Positions 34,801 through 45,079 of a stretch of 64,000 bases of DNA are shown here, piece after piece; positions within the stretch are counted from its first letter, which is position 1; the number at the start of each line of letters is the position of its first letter. The position numbers were made by a program, and so were the translations under genes. Below the pieces are notes generated by a model. It searched no databases, was not told the DNA's origin, and saw only the letters and a program-made list of their open reading frames with translations. This stretch comes from a virus (Duplodnaviria > Caudoviricetes): the IMG/VR virus record IMGVR_UViG_3300042366_000756, positions 26,368 to 90,367 of that record; one strand, written 5' to 3'.

Positions 34801-37800
34801 TAGAGGCAGCAAAGGTTGGGTCTAAGGTAGGAGCAGCAGCGGTTAATGCAACTGCAACAGCAGCAGGAACAGCATCCCCATCTAGAAAAACTAGAAAGAC
34901 TGGTGAAGATATTGGTCGTGGTCTTGAAGAGGGAATGAAGAGTAGACAGGACGATGTTGCTTTAATAGGATCTCAGTTAGGCAAGGCTGCAACAGGTGGA
35001 GTTAAAGGTGGAGTTGGACCTATTCCGTTTAGAGGGCCAGGGCAACCAGGATTAGTTGCTGCAAATGCGCCAAGCCCAGGTGTTTCTTTAGCAGATGTTA
35101 CTGCAAAAGCAAGAATGAACAGAGAAACACTCCTATCAATACAACAACAAAAACGTATGTCAGTAATGAATCAGAGAATGGATAGACTAAATAAAGGCTT
35201 TATGTCTGGTACTTTTGCACTATCTGCCCTATCAGGTGTGGCTTCAATGGCTGGCGGAAATCTAGGAAAATTCTCTGAAATACTGTTTCAAATAACTGGA
35301 CCACTTTTTGCTTTATCTTCTATCATTCAACTATTAACTGGAAACAAAATAGTTTCAATTATTTCTAAATTTAAAGGTGCTTTTGGACTTGCGTCTATCG
35401 CTTTAACTGCTGGAATAATAGCAATAAAACTTTCTAATAGCGCAAGAGAAAAAGAACGAATGGCTATTGAAGGTTTAGCCAATGCAATAACAACTACAAA
35501 AACAAAACTTGAAACACTTGGAGAATTTTTTGGAGTTACTCCTACAGCAAGGGCTGGAACTGATGCCGTTCTTTCTAGTATACAAGCAAAACCAAATGAA
35601 CGATCACAAATTCAAGCATTAAAGAAAACAGAAAGTTTTCAAAAAGACTTTGAAAAAGATATTAGTGCTTTATCTAAGGCAACAAATGAAGAAGCCTTAT
35701 TAGCACTGCAAACATTAGCATTAGATTTGCGTGGACAGGGTTTTGCAAAAGCACAAGTAGATATAATTATAAAAGCGTTATTAGAAGAGGCTGACAAATC
35801 TAAACTTATTCTAAAATTTGGACAGTTGGATTTATCAAAAGAAGAAGGAAGAGTAGGAGCAATAGCCTTAGCACAAGATATTACAAAAAACTTTAATGCA
35901 GAATTTGAAAAAGGAATTGAAAAAACAAGAGAAATACTTTCTGTTAGAGGCGGAGTAACAAGTTATGGTCCAGAAATAATTAAGTTGACCAATGAACAAC
36001 AAAAACAATTAAAGTTAGGATCTCAAGAGTTAAGCAATGTCCTTGCTGGAGTTAGTGGACAATTTAAAGCAGGAGCGATGAGCGGTTCTGAATACACAGA
36101 CACAATTTTAAAAATTCTTAAGCCAACAGAAGATACTGCATACGCAAATTTATTATTAAAAGAAACTTTAATTTCTATAAATCCAGAATATGCCAAAGCA
36201 ACTGCTGGAGTAAAAGATTATGAAACAAGGTTGCTGCTAGTTCGGGCTGCACTTCTTGGAGTTGCAGTTGCAGAAGAACTAGTGTTAACTACAATAAATG
36301 GTAGCGTCTATGAGCAAGAATCAGCAAGAGCCAAAATAAGAAAAATGCTTGAACAAACAGAAAAAGATATAAATAATCAAAATAAAATCACTGCCGCTGC
36401 AACTCAAACTGGCAAAGCAGAACTAAAAGGATTAGCAGCAAAAATTAAAGCACTTAAAGATCAAACCAAAGCCTTCACAACTTTGATTGGAAAACAGATT
36501 GATTTTAAAACTGCTATAGAGTTAACAAACGATGCTGAAATAGTTAAAGAAATTCTTGATATTAATGCAATAAAAAATACAACAAAAAGAAATAAAGCAT
36601 TAAAAGAATTTATCAATCTTACACAAAAATATATAAAAGTAAATCAAGAAAATCAAGATACTGTTGCTGACCCAAGAGATAAAGAAATTGCACGTTTAGA
36701 CAATTTACAAAAAATTATAGCACTTAATGAATACCTTATTGATTTACGCACTGCTCCTGAAATTAAAGCATTTAATGATGAAATAGAAAATCAAGAAGGA
36801 CTTTTACAAAATGTTAACGATGAAATTGATAAAATTAATAATAATAGAATTAAACCAATTCAAAAAATAATTGATGCAAATAACTTTGTCCTTGAACAAA
36901 TATCTTTACAAGAAGATGCAATTAATGAAAAATATGAAAAACAAATATCAGCATTAGAAAAAATTGAAACAATTAATCAAGATATTGCTAACACTCAAAA
37001 ACAAAGACTTTCTATTGCAGATGCTTTAACTCGTGGAGATATTTCTGCTGCTGCACAACTTGTACAAGAAGCAAAAGCACAGCAAGCACAAAACGCATTT
37101 TCTAGACAAAAGGATGCTTTAACTTCTAATCGTGATAATCAAATAGCAGCATTAGGAAGAAATGCTATTGAAAAACAAAACAAACAACTTCAACTAGACA
37201 TTAGCACAATTGAAAGAGAAAAACTATTAACTCTCCAAGAACAAAAACAAACAATTGAAAACAAAATTGAAGCAACAAATCGTGAACTTAAAGTTCTTAA
37301 CACTAAAGTTGAAAAAGAAAAAGATTCTGCAACTTATGCTGGTACAACTAGATCAGAGATTGATAAAACAAAAACACTTCTTGAACTAAGCAAAGGACCA
37401 TTAGATGCTAACGCTGCAGCAATTGCAGCATCGGCTACAAGTGCTAAAAACTTAGCAAACGAACTTGAAAGAGCCCTTAAGGCTACGCTTGCTATGCAAA
37501 ATAAAACAAATATTCCTGGGTCAACAGGTAATAATGAAGCAAATACAAAGCCTACGGGGTTTTTTACAACTACAGGCGCTGGCGGAGTAAAGATAACTAC
37601 TCCTTGGGATACAGGAGCAGGTAAATCAATTAACAGAAGTCTGGGTGGTATTGTTCCTAAATACATGGCTCGTGGTGGAAGGATTGGTTCTGATACCGTC
37701 CCAGCAATGCTAACTCCTGGAGAATTTGTAATGAATAAAAAAGCAACCCAAAGGTTTGGGCCAATGCTTTCAATGCTAAATGAATCTAAGTATCCTTCAA

Positions 37801-38000
37801 TGATTGGAAATGGCAGTAGTGCACAAGTTCCAGTTAATAATATTTCTACATCAATGAATGATAACTCTACAGCAGTGTATAATTATAGTTTGGGATTTAA
37901 TATTAATGGAAATAATTTAAATGCAAATGATGTTGCTAGGGCAGTAATGAAAGAAATTAAAAATGTTGACTCACAAAGAGTTAGGGGGCAAAGAATCTAA
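31809..38000 (+). CDS. Tape measure protein
   Basis: 2063 aa, Ala-rich helical; TP901-type core (GINASEGANALKSGL); C-terminal GG..SDTVPAMLTPGEFV motif. Confidence 0.92.
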   Translation: MADVNANIGINIDSSNALTQLKALQRQISQFHTSISRSSEAAALAQRGLQKNLLNSINSIGAFSAEMRTVKTSAESFTNSLEKNKFSMREYFRYAGASTKTFGRLFKSEFDTIGKVSEERVKTLQTQYIKMGRNVNGVMEAIAIRPTSLNMQDYGTKTAIAAQKQALFNQLMKQGSTNLLNFGKNTQWAGRQLMVGFTLPLMAVGTAAAKAFMDMEAQAIRFKKVYGDLFTPQEETQAALDNITELGKQFTKYGVAVSTTVGLAAEAAAAGFQGLDLQRQTTEATRLSILGQVDSQKALETTISLQNAFGMSSEKLAESIDFLNAVENQTVVSLDDITTAIPKVAPVIQQLGGDVKDLTFFMAAMKEGGINASEGANALKSGLAALINPTTKASAMLASFGINADAIVEKNKGNLKATVLEFATALNQLDPLNRARAIEQMFGKFQFARLSTLFANVAKDGNQAARVLDLANSSVEDLASLSEKELGMTAESSMNKFKKSVEDLKVALVPVGQAFLEAATPIVEFVGNILEKFANLSSGTKRLITLLTIGIGAIGPVLLMTFGLLANGVANIIKLFLTLRGGYQRLTGQSQMLAEQTQYMTMEQLDAAAAAHSLNQTHANLTQTFTAEVTQINKLIAAYNSAAGAARNFSMNNPGMMMPGRIAKKFAQGGMISGPGGPTSDSIPVMASNGEAIISAKTVKKYPGIIDGLISGNIPGFKRTGIVGRTIGTAVDVPGGFAAAHFGGSNEATGAQLIEISKEATQSVQNAILQMVNSFDDGMQKRFTAFTNEVIGTSTELNRAVGKQGSGKKALTSLAKRDLVERGEFRDIELQRQLTNAGTSVEEFKVINKKITEEIKIGFDKLGDITEVTAEDLDKLVSDAYNKVAETDKRVKDAQTKMRKVSVVTDPRNDSRIAVGKDPYIKSRKSGKYFGGMQQMAGSSSLPYEKNARFTITKDMAQGLGKTTQEAAIIYNKFSDETKRRLAGLRTDLNAFTKEFTIEAAKVGSKVGAAAVNATATAAGTASPSRKTRKTGEDIGRGLEEGMKSRQDDVALIGSQLGKAATGGVKGGVGPIPFRGPGQPGLVAANAPSPGVSLADVTAKARMNRETLLSIQQQKRMSVMNQRMDRLNKGFMSGTFALSALSGVASMAGGNLGKFSEILFQITGPLFALSSIIQLLTGNKIVSIISKFKGAFGLASIALTAGIIAIKLSNSAREKERMAIEGLANAITTTKTKLETLGEFFGVTPTARAGTDAVLSSIQAKPNERSQIQALKKTESFQKDFEKDISALSKATNEEALLALQTLALDLRGQGFAKAQVDIIIKALLEEADKSKLILKFGQLDLSKEEGRVGAIALAQDITKNFNAEFEKGIEKTREILSVRGGVTSYGPEIIKLTNEQQKQLKLGSQELSNVLAGVSGQFKAGAMSGSEYTDTILKILKPTEDTAYANLLLKETLISINPEYAKATAGVKDYETRLLLVRAALLGVAVAEELVLTTINGSVYEQESARAKIRKMLEQTEKDINNQNKITAAATQTGKAELKGLAAKIKALKDQTKAFTTLIGKQIDFKTAIELTNDAEIVKEILDINAIKNTTKRNKALKEFINLTQKYIKVNQENQDTVADPRDKEIARLDNLQKIIALNEYLIDLRTAPEIKAFNDEIENQEGLLQNVNDEIDKINNNRIKPIQKIIDANNFVLEQISLQEDAINEKYEKQISALEKIETINQDIANTQKQRLSIADALTRGDISAAAQLVQEAKAQQAQNAFSRQKDALTSNRDNQIAALGRNAIEKQNKQLQLDISTIEREKLLTLQEQKQTIENKIEATNRELKVLNTKVEKEKDSATYAGTTRSEIDKTKTLLELSKGPLDANAAAIAASATSAKNLANELERALKATLAMQNKTNIPGSTGNNEANTKPTGFFTTTGAGGVKITTPWDTGAGKSINRSLGGIVPKYMARGGRIGSDTVPAMLTPGEFVMNKKATQRFGPMLSMLNESKYPSMIGNGSSAQVPVNNISTSMNDNSTAVYNYSLGFNINGNNLNANDVARAVMKEIKNVDSQRVRGQRI

Positions 38001-38632
38001 TGGCTACTAGTGCCTATTTAGCGGGTAGAAAAAGGTATACAAGACCACAGGGTATATTATGGTCAAACAATGCTGGAACCCTCTCTAATGGCCTATACGT
38101 GCCTACTGGAGTAGAGGTGGGGGCTGCTACAGCAGAAACAGATCCAAACCTACTAGATCAGTTTATTATTTTATCTGATCACAACAGAGGTGAAATGCAG
38201 TTTAATAACCAAAGAATTGAACAACGCCAAAGAACAATTAATGGCAGGATGCGTTCTTTTCATATTGCAGATAAATTAAGTATGTCTGTTTCTTGGAACA
38301 TGCTGCCTTCACGGGGGTATTCAGGATTACCTAATTTTAACTCAACAACAGGAGTATCACCAAGTGAAGGATCTACAGCAGAATACACAGCAGATGGTGG
38401 TGCAGGTGGGGTTGAAATTCTTGATTGGTATGAAACACATCAAGGTCCATTTTTTATGTACCTTGCTTATGACAAATATAGCAATTTTTCTGGTGGAACA
38501 CAGTTTAATAATTTAAATAAATATAATCAAGTTATTGAAGTTTATTTTGCAGACTTTAACTATTCCGTAGTAAAGCGTGGGGCAACAAATCATGACCTTT
38601 GGAACATATCGGTAACCTTGGAAGAAGTTTAA
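38000..38632 (+). CDS. Distal tail protein (putative)
   Basis: Follows the tape measure gene via TAATG; NGRMRSFHIADK..SVSW..WNISVTLEEV. Confidence 0.6.
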   Translation: MATSAYLAGRKRYTRPQGILWSNNAGTLSNGLYVPTGVEVGAATAETDPNLLDQFIILSDHNRGEMQFNNQRIEQRQRTINGRMRSFHIADKLSMSVSWNMLPSRGYSGLPNFNSTTGVSPSEGSTAEYTADGGAGGVEILDWYETHQGPFFMYLAYDKYSNFSGGTQFNNLNKYNQVIEVYFADFNYSVVKRGATNHDLWNISVTLEEV

Positions 38633-41600
38633 ATGTTTGAAAGTACTGAATTAAAAAATCACTTTGAAACATCTGCAACAATACAAACAGAGTCATTAGT
38701 CTTGGCTGAGTGGAACATGAACATGCCAGACAATATATTTAAACTTGGCAATTATAGATACAGATCTCAAGAACAAAACTCTCAATTCTTAACACTACCA
38801 AATACATTTGATAGCGCAGATGCTGGATTATTTTACACTGGAGCAACAGATGCAGATGTTGTTATTGATGGAGGGTTTGAAAATAATGGAACGCCTCAAA
38901 TATTTACTTCTATAAAAGAAAAAAATAAACTTTTATATTCATTAGAAGATTGCGTAAAACCTTTTAGACCAAGATCTGGGATAAATAAAGCAACAGCATT
39001 TAAAGGAAAATATTTATCAAATTCTGGAAATGATTTTGCAAGACGTCCAAGATATTATATGGCATCACGATATGATCAGTTTAAATATTGGACATCTTTT
39101 AGAACTGAAGATGGTATTGAAAGAGGTATTGCTAAAAACATAGTTAATGGCAATTACTACATAGATGACGTTGCACCTTTTGTGGTTTATAAAGAAAATG
39201 TACCAGCAAACCGAATTGTTATAAAAATGCAAACTAATGTTGGAGATATAGATTTAGGAGATTTTACTGATATATCTAAAACTTTTGCAGATCCATTTTT
39301 TGGAAATGATAACAAGACAACTCCATCAAGATGGAAAATTCAATATCTTAATGAGAATAACTGGATTGATGCTTATGTATTTAACGAAAATGATTTACGT
39401 GAGGACGGCTCTCAAATTATTTCTCACGATGGATATGTTGAATTACAATATGCATTAAAAAATATTCCAGATAATTTTAAAGATAGTTTTGTATTTGCAG
39501 AAACACTTTCTTCTTCTACTTTATTGCCAAATGAATCAGTAAATGGATACGCATATTTAGTCATTCCAAATGAAGGTAATGTTGGAACGTATCACGTATG
39601 GAATGGCACTACTAATACTTATAATACATTTTCTCCAGTTTATGGTTGGGTATTGGGAAGCGAACAAATTGATAATAAAACAACATTTGTTACAGATCTA
39701 ACAAGTCCATCATCATTTCAAGAAACAACAAATGGACAAACTGTTTACAGAGAATTTGAAAATATTCGTGGATTAAGAATTGTTGTAGAAAAAATGAATA
39801 AATTTGATTCTACATTTGATTTAATTGAGATGTCTCCAAGGCTAGTTGTTAATATATCAGACAAAGTAATAGATTATAGTGTTAAAAAAATTCTTTCAGA
39901 TTTGGGAAACTCCTCTTTGCCAGTAGGACAATTATTAGCCTCAACTGGCAGCGTATCCTTATTTGATGATGATCAAGCGTTTAATGATAATAATTTAAAC
40001 AGTATAGTAAGTAAGTATATTCGTAAAAATATTAAATTTAATTTTTATGAAAAAATATTAAATGTAGAAGGATTTGACTATTGGGTCCCAATTAAAACTT
40101 TATATTCAGATGGAATTCCACAGGCAGATGTAACCGCTGGTACTTTAGAAATAACATTAAGAGATTTTTATTTCTTTTTAGAATCTATGCCAGCACCTAG
40201 AATGTTAGTTACAGAAGCATCTCTTAGTTTTGCAATTAGTTTACTTCTTGATTATATAGGATTTAGTAATTATTCTTTTTATAGAACAGCCAACGAAACA
40301 GACCCCATAATCCCATATTTTTTTATTGCTCCAGATCAAACGGTAGCAGAAGTTTTAAATCAATTAGCAGTGTCCACTCAGAGCGCTATGTTTTTTGATG
40401 AATATAATAATTTTATTGTAATGAGCAAAAATTACATGCTTCCATCAGAAAATGACAGGGCTTTTAATACCATTTTGTCTGGATCAAACAATCAGGTTGT
40501 TGACGGAATTATTGAAAATAAAACATCTGGAACATTGCCAAATATTATTTCAATTGCATCACAAGATAAAAAAGTATATAATAATGGAAAGATTAACTAT
40601 ACAACTAGATATATTAGGAGATCTTACGGCTCTCTTAGTCAGGCAAATGTGCTTGATAAAGATAAAACTTGGATATATACTCCATCACTTTTATGGGAGG
40701 TTTCAGGTACTGACCAAACTAAAACAATAAATGAAGTTGTATCAAAACAAAGCAAATATGGTTTAAGCGCAATGCCAATTAACTCAGACTTGCCAGCACT
40801 TGCTCCAACAGTTGTAAATCATACAGTAATAAACAATGTTATAGATTTAGGAGAAAATGTTTATTGGTTAACAAGAAATCAGGGATATTTTTATTCTAAC
40901 GGTGAAATTATTAAATATGATGCTGTGCAATATAGCGTCACTCTTGCAGTTTGGTATCCAATACAGTCTGATGGATCGTTGTCAGAGTCTTTACCAGAAA
41001 TTGTTTTACCTGGAAGGCTAGCGCCAATCACCTTTATAAGTGATTTAGATAAAAGAGTTGCAAATGGGGAAATTACTGAGGCTCAAAAAGGAGAAGAAAT
41101 TCAACTATGGAGGTCTTCTCATAGGCAAGGCAGTAGCAATGTTTGGATTAAAAATAATCAAGAGTATCAAAAATATTTTTCATCAATACCATTTAACGCA
41201 AAAATTTATCCAACTGGCCTTGTAAGAATACACACTGTACCATTTTATGAAACAATTGATGGAATTACAAGGTTGCAAAATGGTGTAGTTTATGAACATG
41301 GTCGTGCACAATTTGGAACTGCAATTACATCGCATATCGCAGGAATAGACCCTTATTGGTCCAATAATGATTATGTAAGAGGTTGCGAAATGCAAACAAA
41401 AACTTTATTTACAACAAGTCTGTTGGAAGACATTGTTTTTCCATCAACTACAACTGGAGCAGCAGGAGTTAACAACACAAAAGCCAGACAAACTTCAAGA
41501 AACGGAACAGTTAAAGATTTTATGTCTTCAAGTTACGGAACTGAAACATCTGTAAATAAAACTTTGTCAACTAATTCTGGAACAACACAGTCATCAGCAT

Positions 41601-43138
41601 TAATTATGAATGGGCCATCCTTTACAGTATTGGAAAACCCACTAAACTTAGTTTCTTATGTATACAAACAACTTAATAATAGTTATAAACATTTTGGAAC
41701 AAGGGTTCGCATTGTTGGAAAAATTGAAAATAATGAAAATCGTAGTCAAACTCCTAGTGGAAGCATACCTTATTATCAAGTTTCTGGTATTGCTCCAAAT
41801 CAGAATTCAACTATTGGTGGTGCTTCTGGCGGATTAGCAGTTCTTCTTAATCCAGAAACAAACAACGGATATTATTTTGAAATAGTTGCACTAACAGAAA
41901 ATAATATAGAGTCATACTTAAAATTAGATAAAGATAATAAATCAAGCATATCTGTTGACAATATTGTTTTTTATAAAATTAAAAAAGATGCATCAAACAC
42001 AAATGCAGTTCCAATTAAACTTTGGGGAGGTCTTTCAAAAATTCTTGTTGATAGTGGAGCATTTATTGAACAATCTAGGATTACTGGAGAGCAAGATGTA
42101 ACGGTCTATGATTTAGCAGTAGAGTATGAAGATATAGGTAAAATAAGAAGATTCTATTTATATATTAATAATCAACTAATTAAAACTGTAGATGATCCAG
42201 ACCCACTGCCAATATATAATAATATTGCTCTTTTCATTCGTGGATCTTCAAAACTAATGTTTGAAAATATTTATGCATTATCACAAAATTATTCTCAAAA
42301 TAGTGTGTTTACTGTTGGAGAAACTTTGTCTTCAGTTTTTGGAGATAAAGAAATAAATGTTAGTGAATCCCTTAGAAAATATGCCATGAGTGGAGTTATA
42401 CAATCAACTTATTTGTCAGGCATCAGCGCTCAACAACCACCAAAATATAACATGTATTTTGATGAATTTGGATCAATAATGAGAGAATGTGCATATTTTG
42501 ACATTAAGTATGATCGTGCATATCCAGCGCTTTATTCTCAAATATCTCCAACTGTTAATAAAAATAAAGGATATACCCTTTCTGGATTCTATGCGGATTC
42601 TTATGGGGCTGAATTTTTAATATTTAATTCTACAGATGCATTTCTTAATCTTGATGAAACAAGTGGAAATTATTTAAAAATTCAGGGAATTACTTTTACA
42701 CAAGACACCACTCATGAATTAACAGTAGACGAATATTTTAAAAAACGAAGCAACTTATCCGACATTCAAATAAGCAATTCTTCTCAAATTACCTCTACTC
42801 TTGTAAAAAAAGAAAAATTTGACAACATAAAAACAAGCAGAATGATTTATGGAAACAACGATTTTACAATAGAAACCCCATACATTCAAACCCAGGATGA
42901 CGCTGAAGAATTGATGGGATGGTTTATTGATAAAGTTATGATACCTAAAAAATCAATTGGATTAAAGATATTTGCCAATCCGACTATTCAATTAGGAGAC
43001 ATTGTAAAAATTAATTATAAAGATTCAAATAACTTAGATTTAGTAACTTCAGAAAATTCTAGATTTATAGTATATAATATTGAGTACACAAGAAAAATAA
43101 ACGGTCCTGATATGACTGTGTATTTGGTGGAGGTATAA
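38633..43138 (+). CDS. Tail tip / baseplate hub protein
   Basis: 1501 aa after the Dit-like gene; C-terminal NPTIQLGDIVKI..VYNIEY hub motif. Confidence 0.65.
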   Translation: MFESTELKNHFETSATIQTESLVLAEWNMNMPDNIFKLGNYRYRSQEQNSQFLTLPNTFDSADAGLFYTGATDADVVIDGGFENNGTPQIFTSIKEKNKLLYSLEDCVKPFRPRSGINKATAFKGKYLSNSGNDFARRPRYYMASRYDQFKYWTSFRTEDGIERGIAKNIVNGNYYIDDVAPFVVYKENVPANRIVIKMQTNVGDIDLGDFTDISKTFADPFFGNDNKTTPSRWKIQYLNENNWIDAYVFNENDLREDGSQIISHDGYVELQYALKNIPDNFKDSFVFAETLSSSTLLPNESVNGYAYLVIPNEGNVGTYHVWNGTTNTYNTFSPVYGWVLGSEQIDNKTTFVTDLTSPSSFQETTNGQTVYREFENIRGLRIVVEKMNKFDSTFDLIEMSPRLVVNISDKVIDYSVKKILSDLGNSSLPVGQLLASTGSVSLFDDDQAFNDNNLNSIVSKYIRKNIKFNFYEKILNVEGFDYWVPIKTLYSDGIPQADVTAGTLEITLRDFYFFLESMPAPRMLVTEASLSFAISLLLDYIGFSNYSFYRTANETDPIIPYFFIAPDQTVAEVLNQLAVSTQSAMFFDEYNNFIVMSKNYMLPSENDRAFNTILSGSNNQVVDGIIENKTSGTLPNIISIASQDKKVYNNGKINYTTRYIRRSYGSLSQANVLDKDKTWIYTPSLLWEVSGTDQTKTINEVVSKQSKYGLSAMPINSDLPALAPTVVNHTVINNVIDLGENVYWLTRNQGYFYSNGEIIKYDAVQYSVTLAVWYPIQSDGSLSESLPEIVLPGRLAPITFISDLDKRVANGEITEAQKGEEIQLWRSSHRQGSSNVWIKNNQEYQKYFSSIPFNAKIYPTGLVRIHTVPFYETIDGITRLQNGVVYEHGRAQFGTAITSHIAGIDPYWSNNDYVRGCEMQTKTLFTTSLLEDIVFPSTTTGAAGVNNTKARQTSRNGTVKDFMSSSYGTETSVNKTLSTNSGTTQSSALIMNGPSFTVLENPLNLVSYVYKQLNNSYKHFGTRVRIVGKIENNENRSQTPSGSIPYYQVSGIAPNQNSTIGGASGGLAVLLNPETNNGYYFEIVALTENNIESYLKLDKDNKSSISVDNIVFYKIKKDASNTNAVPIKLWGGLSKILVDSGAFIEQSRITGEQDVTVYDLAVEYEDIGKIRRFYLYINNQLIKTVDDPDPLPIYNNIALFIRGSSKLMFENIYALSQNYSQNSVFTVGETLSSVFGDKEINVSESLRKYAMSGVIQSTYLSGISAQQPPKYNMYFDEFGSIMRECAYFDIKYDRAYPALYSQISPTVNKNKGYTLSGFYADSYGAEFLIFNSTDAFLNLDETSGNYLKIQGITFTQDTTHELTVDEYFKKRSNLSDIQISNSSQITSTLVKKEKFDNIKTSRMIYGNNDFTIETPYIQTQDDAEELMGWFIDKVMIPKKSIGLKIFANPTIQLGDIVKINYKDSNNLDLVTSENSRFIVYNIEYTRKINGPDMTVYLVEV

Positions 43139-43139
43139 A

Positions 43140-43922
43140 ATGGGAGCATATTTAGAAAACATTTTTAAGAAACCAGCATCTAAACCTACAGCACCTAAAA
43201 TTACAACACCAGATAACACAGCGTTTGGGTTAACAAGTCCAACGCCAACACCAACTCCAACACCAACAGCAAGTCCAACACCTAAAATTACAACACCAGA
43301 CAACATAGCCTTTGGTTTAACAAATACAACAAAGGCAAAGGCACCAGAGGTTGTTAGTTCGCCTCAAGGAGATGTTGTCAATTTAGTAAAAACAGTAAAT
43401 ACAGTTCCAGCCCCATCAGTTAATGTAACTGCAACACCGCCTTCTCCATCAGTAAATAACTTAAATTTACCACCTACAACATTAGCAATAAAAACTGCAA
43501 CTCCAGATATAGTTTTATTTGATGAAGAAGCCATAGATATAGATGAAGTGTTTGATTTAATATTTGAAAATGTTGGTGCACTAGAACTAATAAGCATTTC
43601 AAGGTCTGATATTATTAATGGACAAAAAATATCTTATCAACCAGTTAAAAATTTATCTAGCATACAACAAAGGTATAATCCAAATAATATTATTAGTCTT
43701 CAACAAACTGCAGATAAATATTTTGCTGGATTTTCTATAAAACTAGAAGACAAAATTCCTAATGAAGGAAATGGGGAAAATGGAAAAAATATCTATATTG
43801 ATGAGGCAAGTGGAGATCTAATTATTGAGTTAGTTAATTTAAACAATGATGAACAGGTTGAGACTCAAATTACGTTAAGTGGTACAATATATGAGATAAA
43901 CCTTGGAGACTATACATCATGA
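43140..43922 (+). CDS. Tail-associated protein with Pro/Thr-rich N-terminus
   Basis: PTPTPTPTPT linker and duplicated PKITTPDN.AFGLT. Confidence 0.65.
   Translation: MGAYLENIFKKPASKPTAPKITTPDNTAFGLTSPTPTPTPTPTASPTPKITTPDNIAFGLTNTTKAKAPEVVSSPQGDVVNLVKTVNTVPAPSVNVTATPPSPSVNNLNLPPTTLAIKTATPDIVLFDEEAIDIDEVFDLIFENVGALELISISRSDIINGQKISYQPVKNLSSIQQRYNPNNIISLQQTADKYFAGFSIKLEDKIPNEGNGENGKNIYIDEASGDLIIELVNLNNDEQVETQITLSGTIYEINLGDYTS
43193..43323 (+). repeat. 87-nt-period direct repeat
   Basis: ACCTAAAATTACAACACCAGA exact at 43193-43213 and 43280-43300, with similarity extending further. Confidence 0.8.
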
Positions 43923-45079
43923 TAACAAACACTGGTAAAACAATTATTGGCAAATATTTACTTGGCCAAGCACCAGCATATGCATCTTATATTGCTGTTG
44001 GCTGTGGAGCAACTCCGCTAGATATCGGTGATTCAATGGGAGATTATTCAACAAAAACAAATCTAGACTTTGAAATGTTTCGTGTTCCAATTTCCTCTAG
44101 AGGTTTTGTTAATGAAAATGGTGTTGATAAAATTGTATTTACCGCAGAGTTACCCACAGAAGAAAGATATGAAATATCTGAAATTGGAATTTATTCAGCA
44201 GGATCTAATCCATCTGCTGGAGCCTATGACAGTAAAACAATATTTGCATTTTCACAAACAGAGAATTGGCAATATCATACTGCTAGTGCAGTAGGAGGTA
44301 TTAGCACATTTTTAGGAGCACTTGACGCTCCTTTAAATGATAATGTTATTTCAGTAGCAAATTCTGTTTTTCAAACCAATGCAGATAATTCAACATTTTT
44401 TAAATCACCAAGAGTTGAAAGATATGAAAGAGCAAGATTTTTAAATAACGTTATTTTAATAAAAGGCAATGAGGCTGATCTTGACATTGAATCCGACAGT
44501 GGTCCAACACAAGATACTTTTACAATAGGAGCAGGATCAAACTACATTAAATTAAGCGGGACAACCGTTGATTTTACAAAAAATTCTCCGACAGACGAAT
44601 TAAGACTAGCATTTTCAATAGTAAACAAAGATGGAACATATGCTGTAGGCACTCAACCAGAAAGAGCCAGAGTTTTAGTTTCATTTGAAAATACAAGCGG
44701 AACAGAGTTTGCAAGACTTGAAGCAGAGGTTGCTGACGATAGTAGTGGAGGACAATACGATTTTGCTACACAAAGATATTTTGTTGTAACAAAACAACTT
44801 CAACAATTATATAGAACATCTGGGTTTGATTGGAATGCTGCTTCTGTAGTTAAGGTGTATGCATGTGTTCTTGATGGAGTTAATCCGTCTGAAAACTATT
44901 ACGTAGCCCTAGATGCTTTAAGATTAGAAAATATTGCTACAGTAAATCCACTTTATGGATTAACTGGGTATTCAGTAATACAAACGTCAGATGCATCAAC
45001 AGTAATTAAAAATCCAAATACTAGCAATTACATTGAATTTAGATTTTCGGTAGATGTTTCTGGGGGAATAATCTCATAA
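43919..45079 (+). CDS. Tail collar/fibre-attachment-like protein
   Basis: ITNTGK..IAVGCG..LDFEMFRVPI..FTAELP..EISEIGIYS pattern. Confidence 0.55.
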   Translation: MITNTGKTIIGKYLLGQAPAYASYIAVGCGATPLDIGDSMGDYSTKTNLDFEMFRVPISSRGFVNENGVDKIVFTAELPTEERYEISEIGIYSAGSNPSAGAYDSKTIFAFSQTENWQYHTASAVGGISTFLGALDAPLNDNVISVANSVFQTNADNSTFFKSPRVERYERARFLNNVILIKGNEADLDIESDSGPTQDTFTIGAGSNYIKLSGTTVDFTKNSPTDELRLAFSIVNKDGTYAVGTQPERARVLVSFENTSGTEFARLEAEVADDSSGGQYDFATQRYFVVTKQLQQLYRTSGFDWNAASVVKVYACVLDGVNPSENYYVALDALRLENIATVNPLYGLTGYSVIQTSDASTVIKNPNTSNYIEFRFSVDVSGGIIS

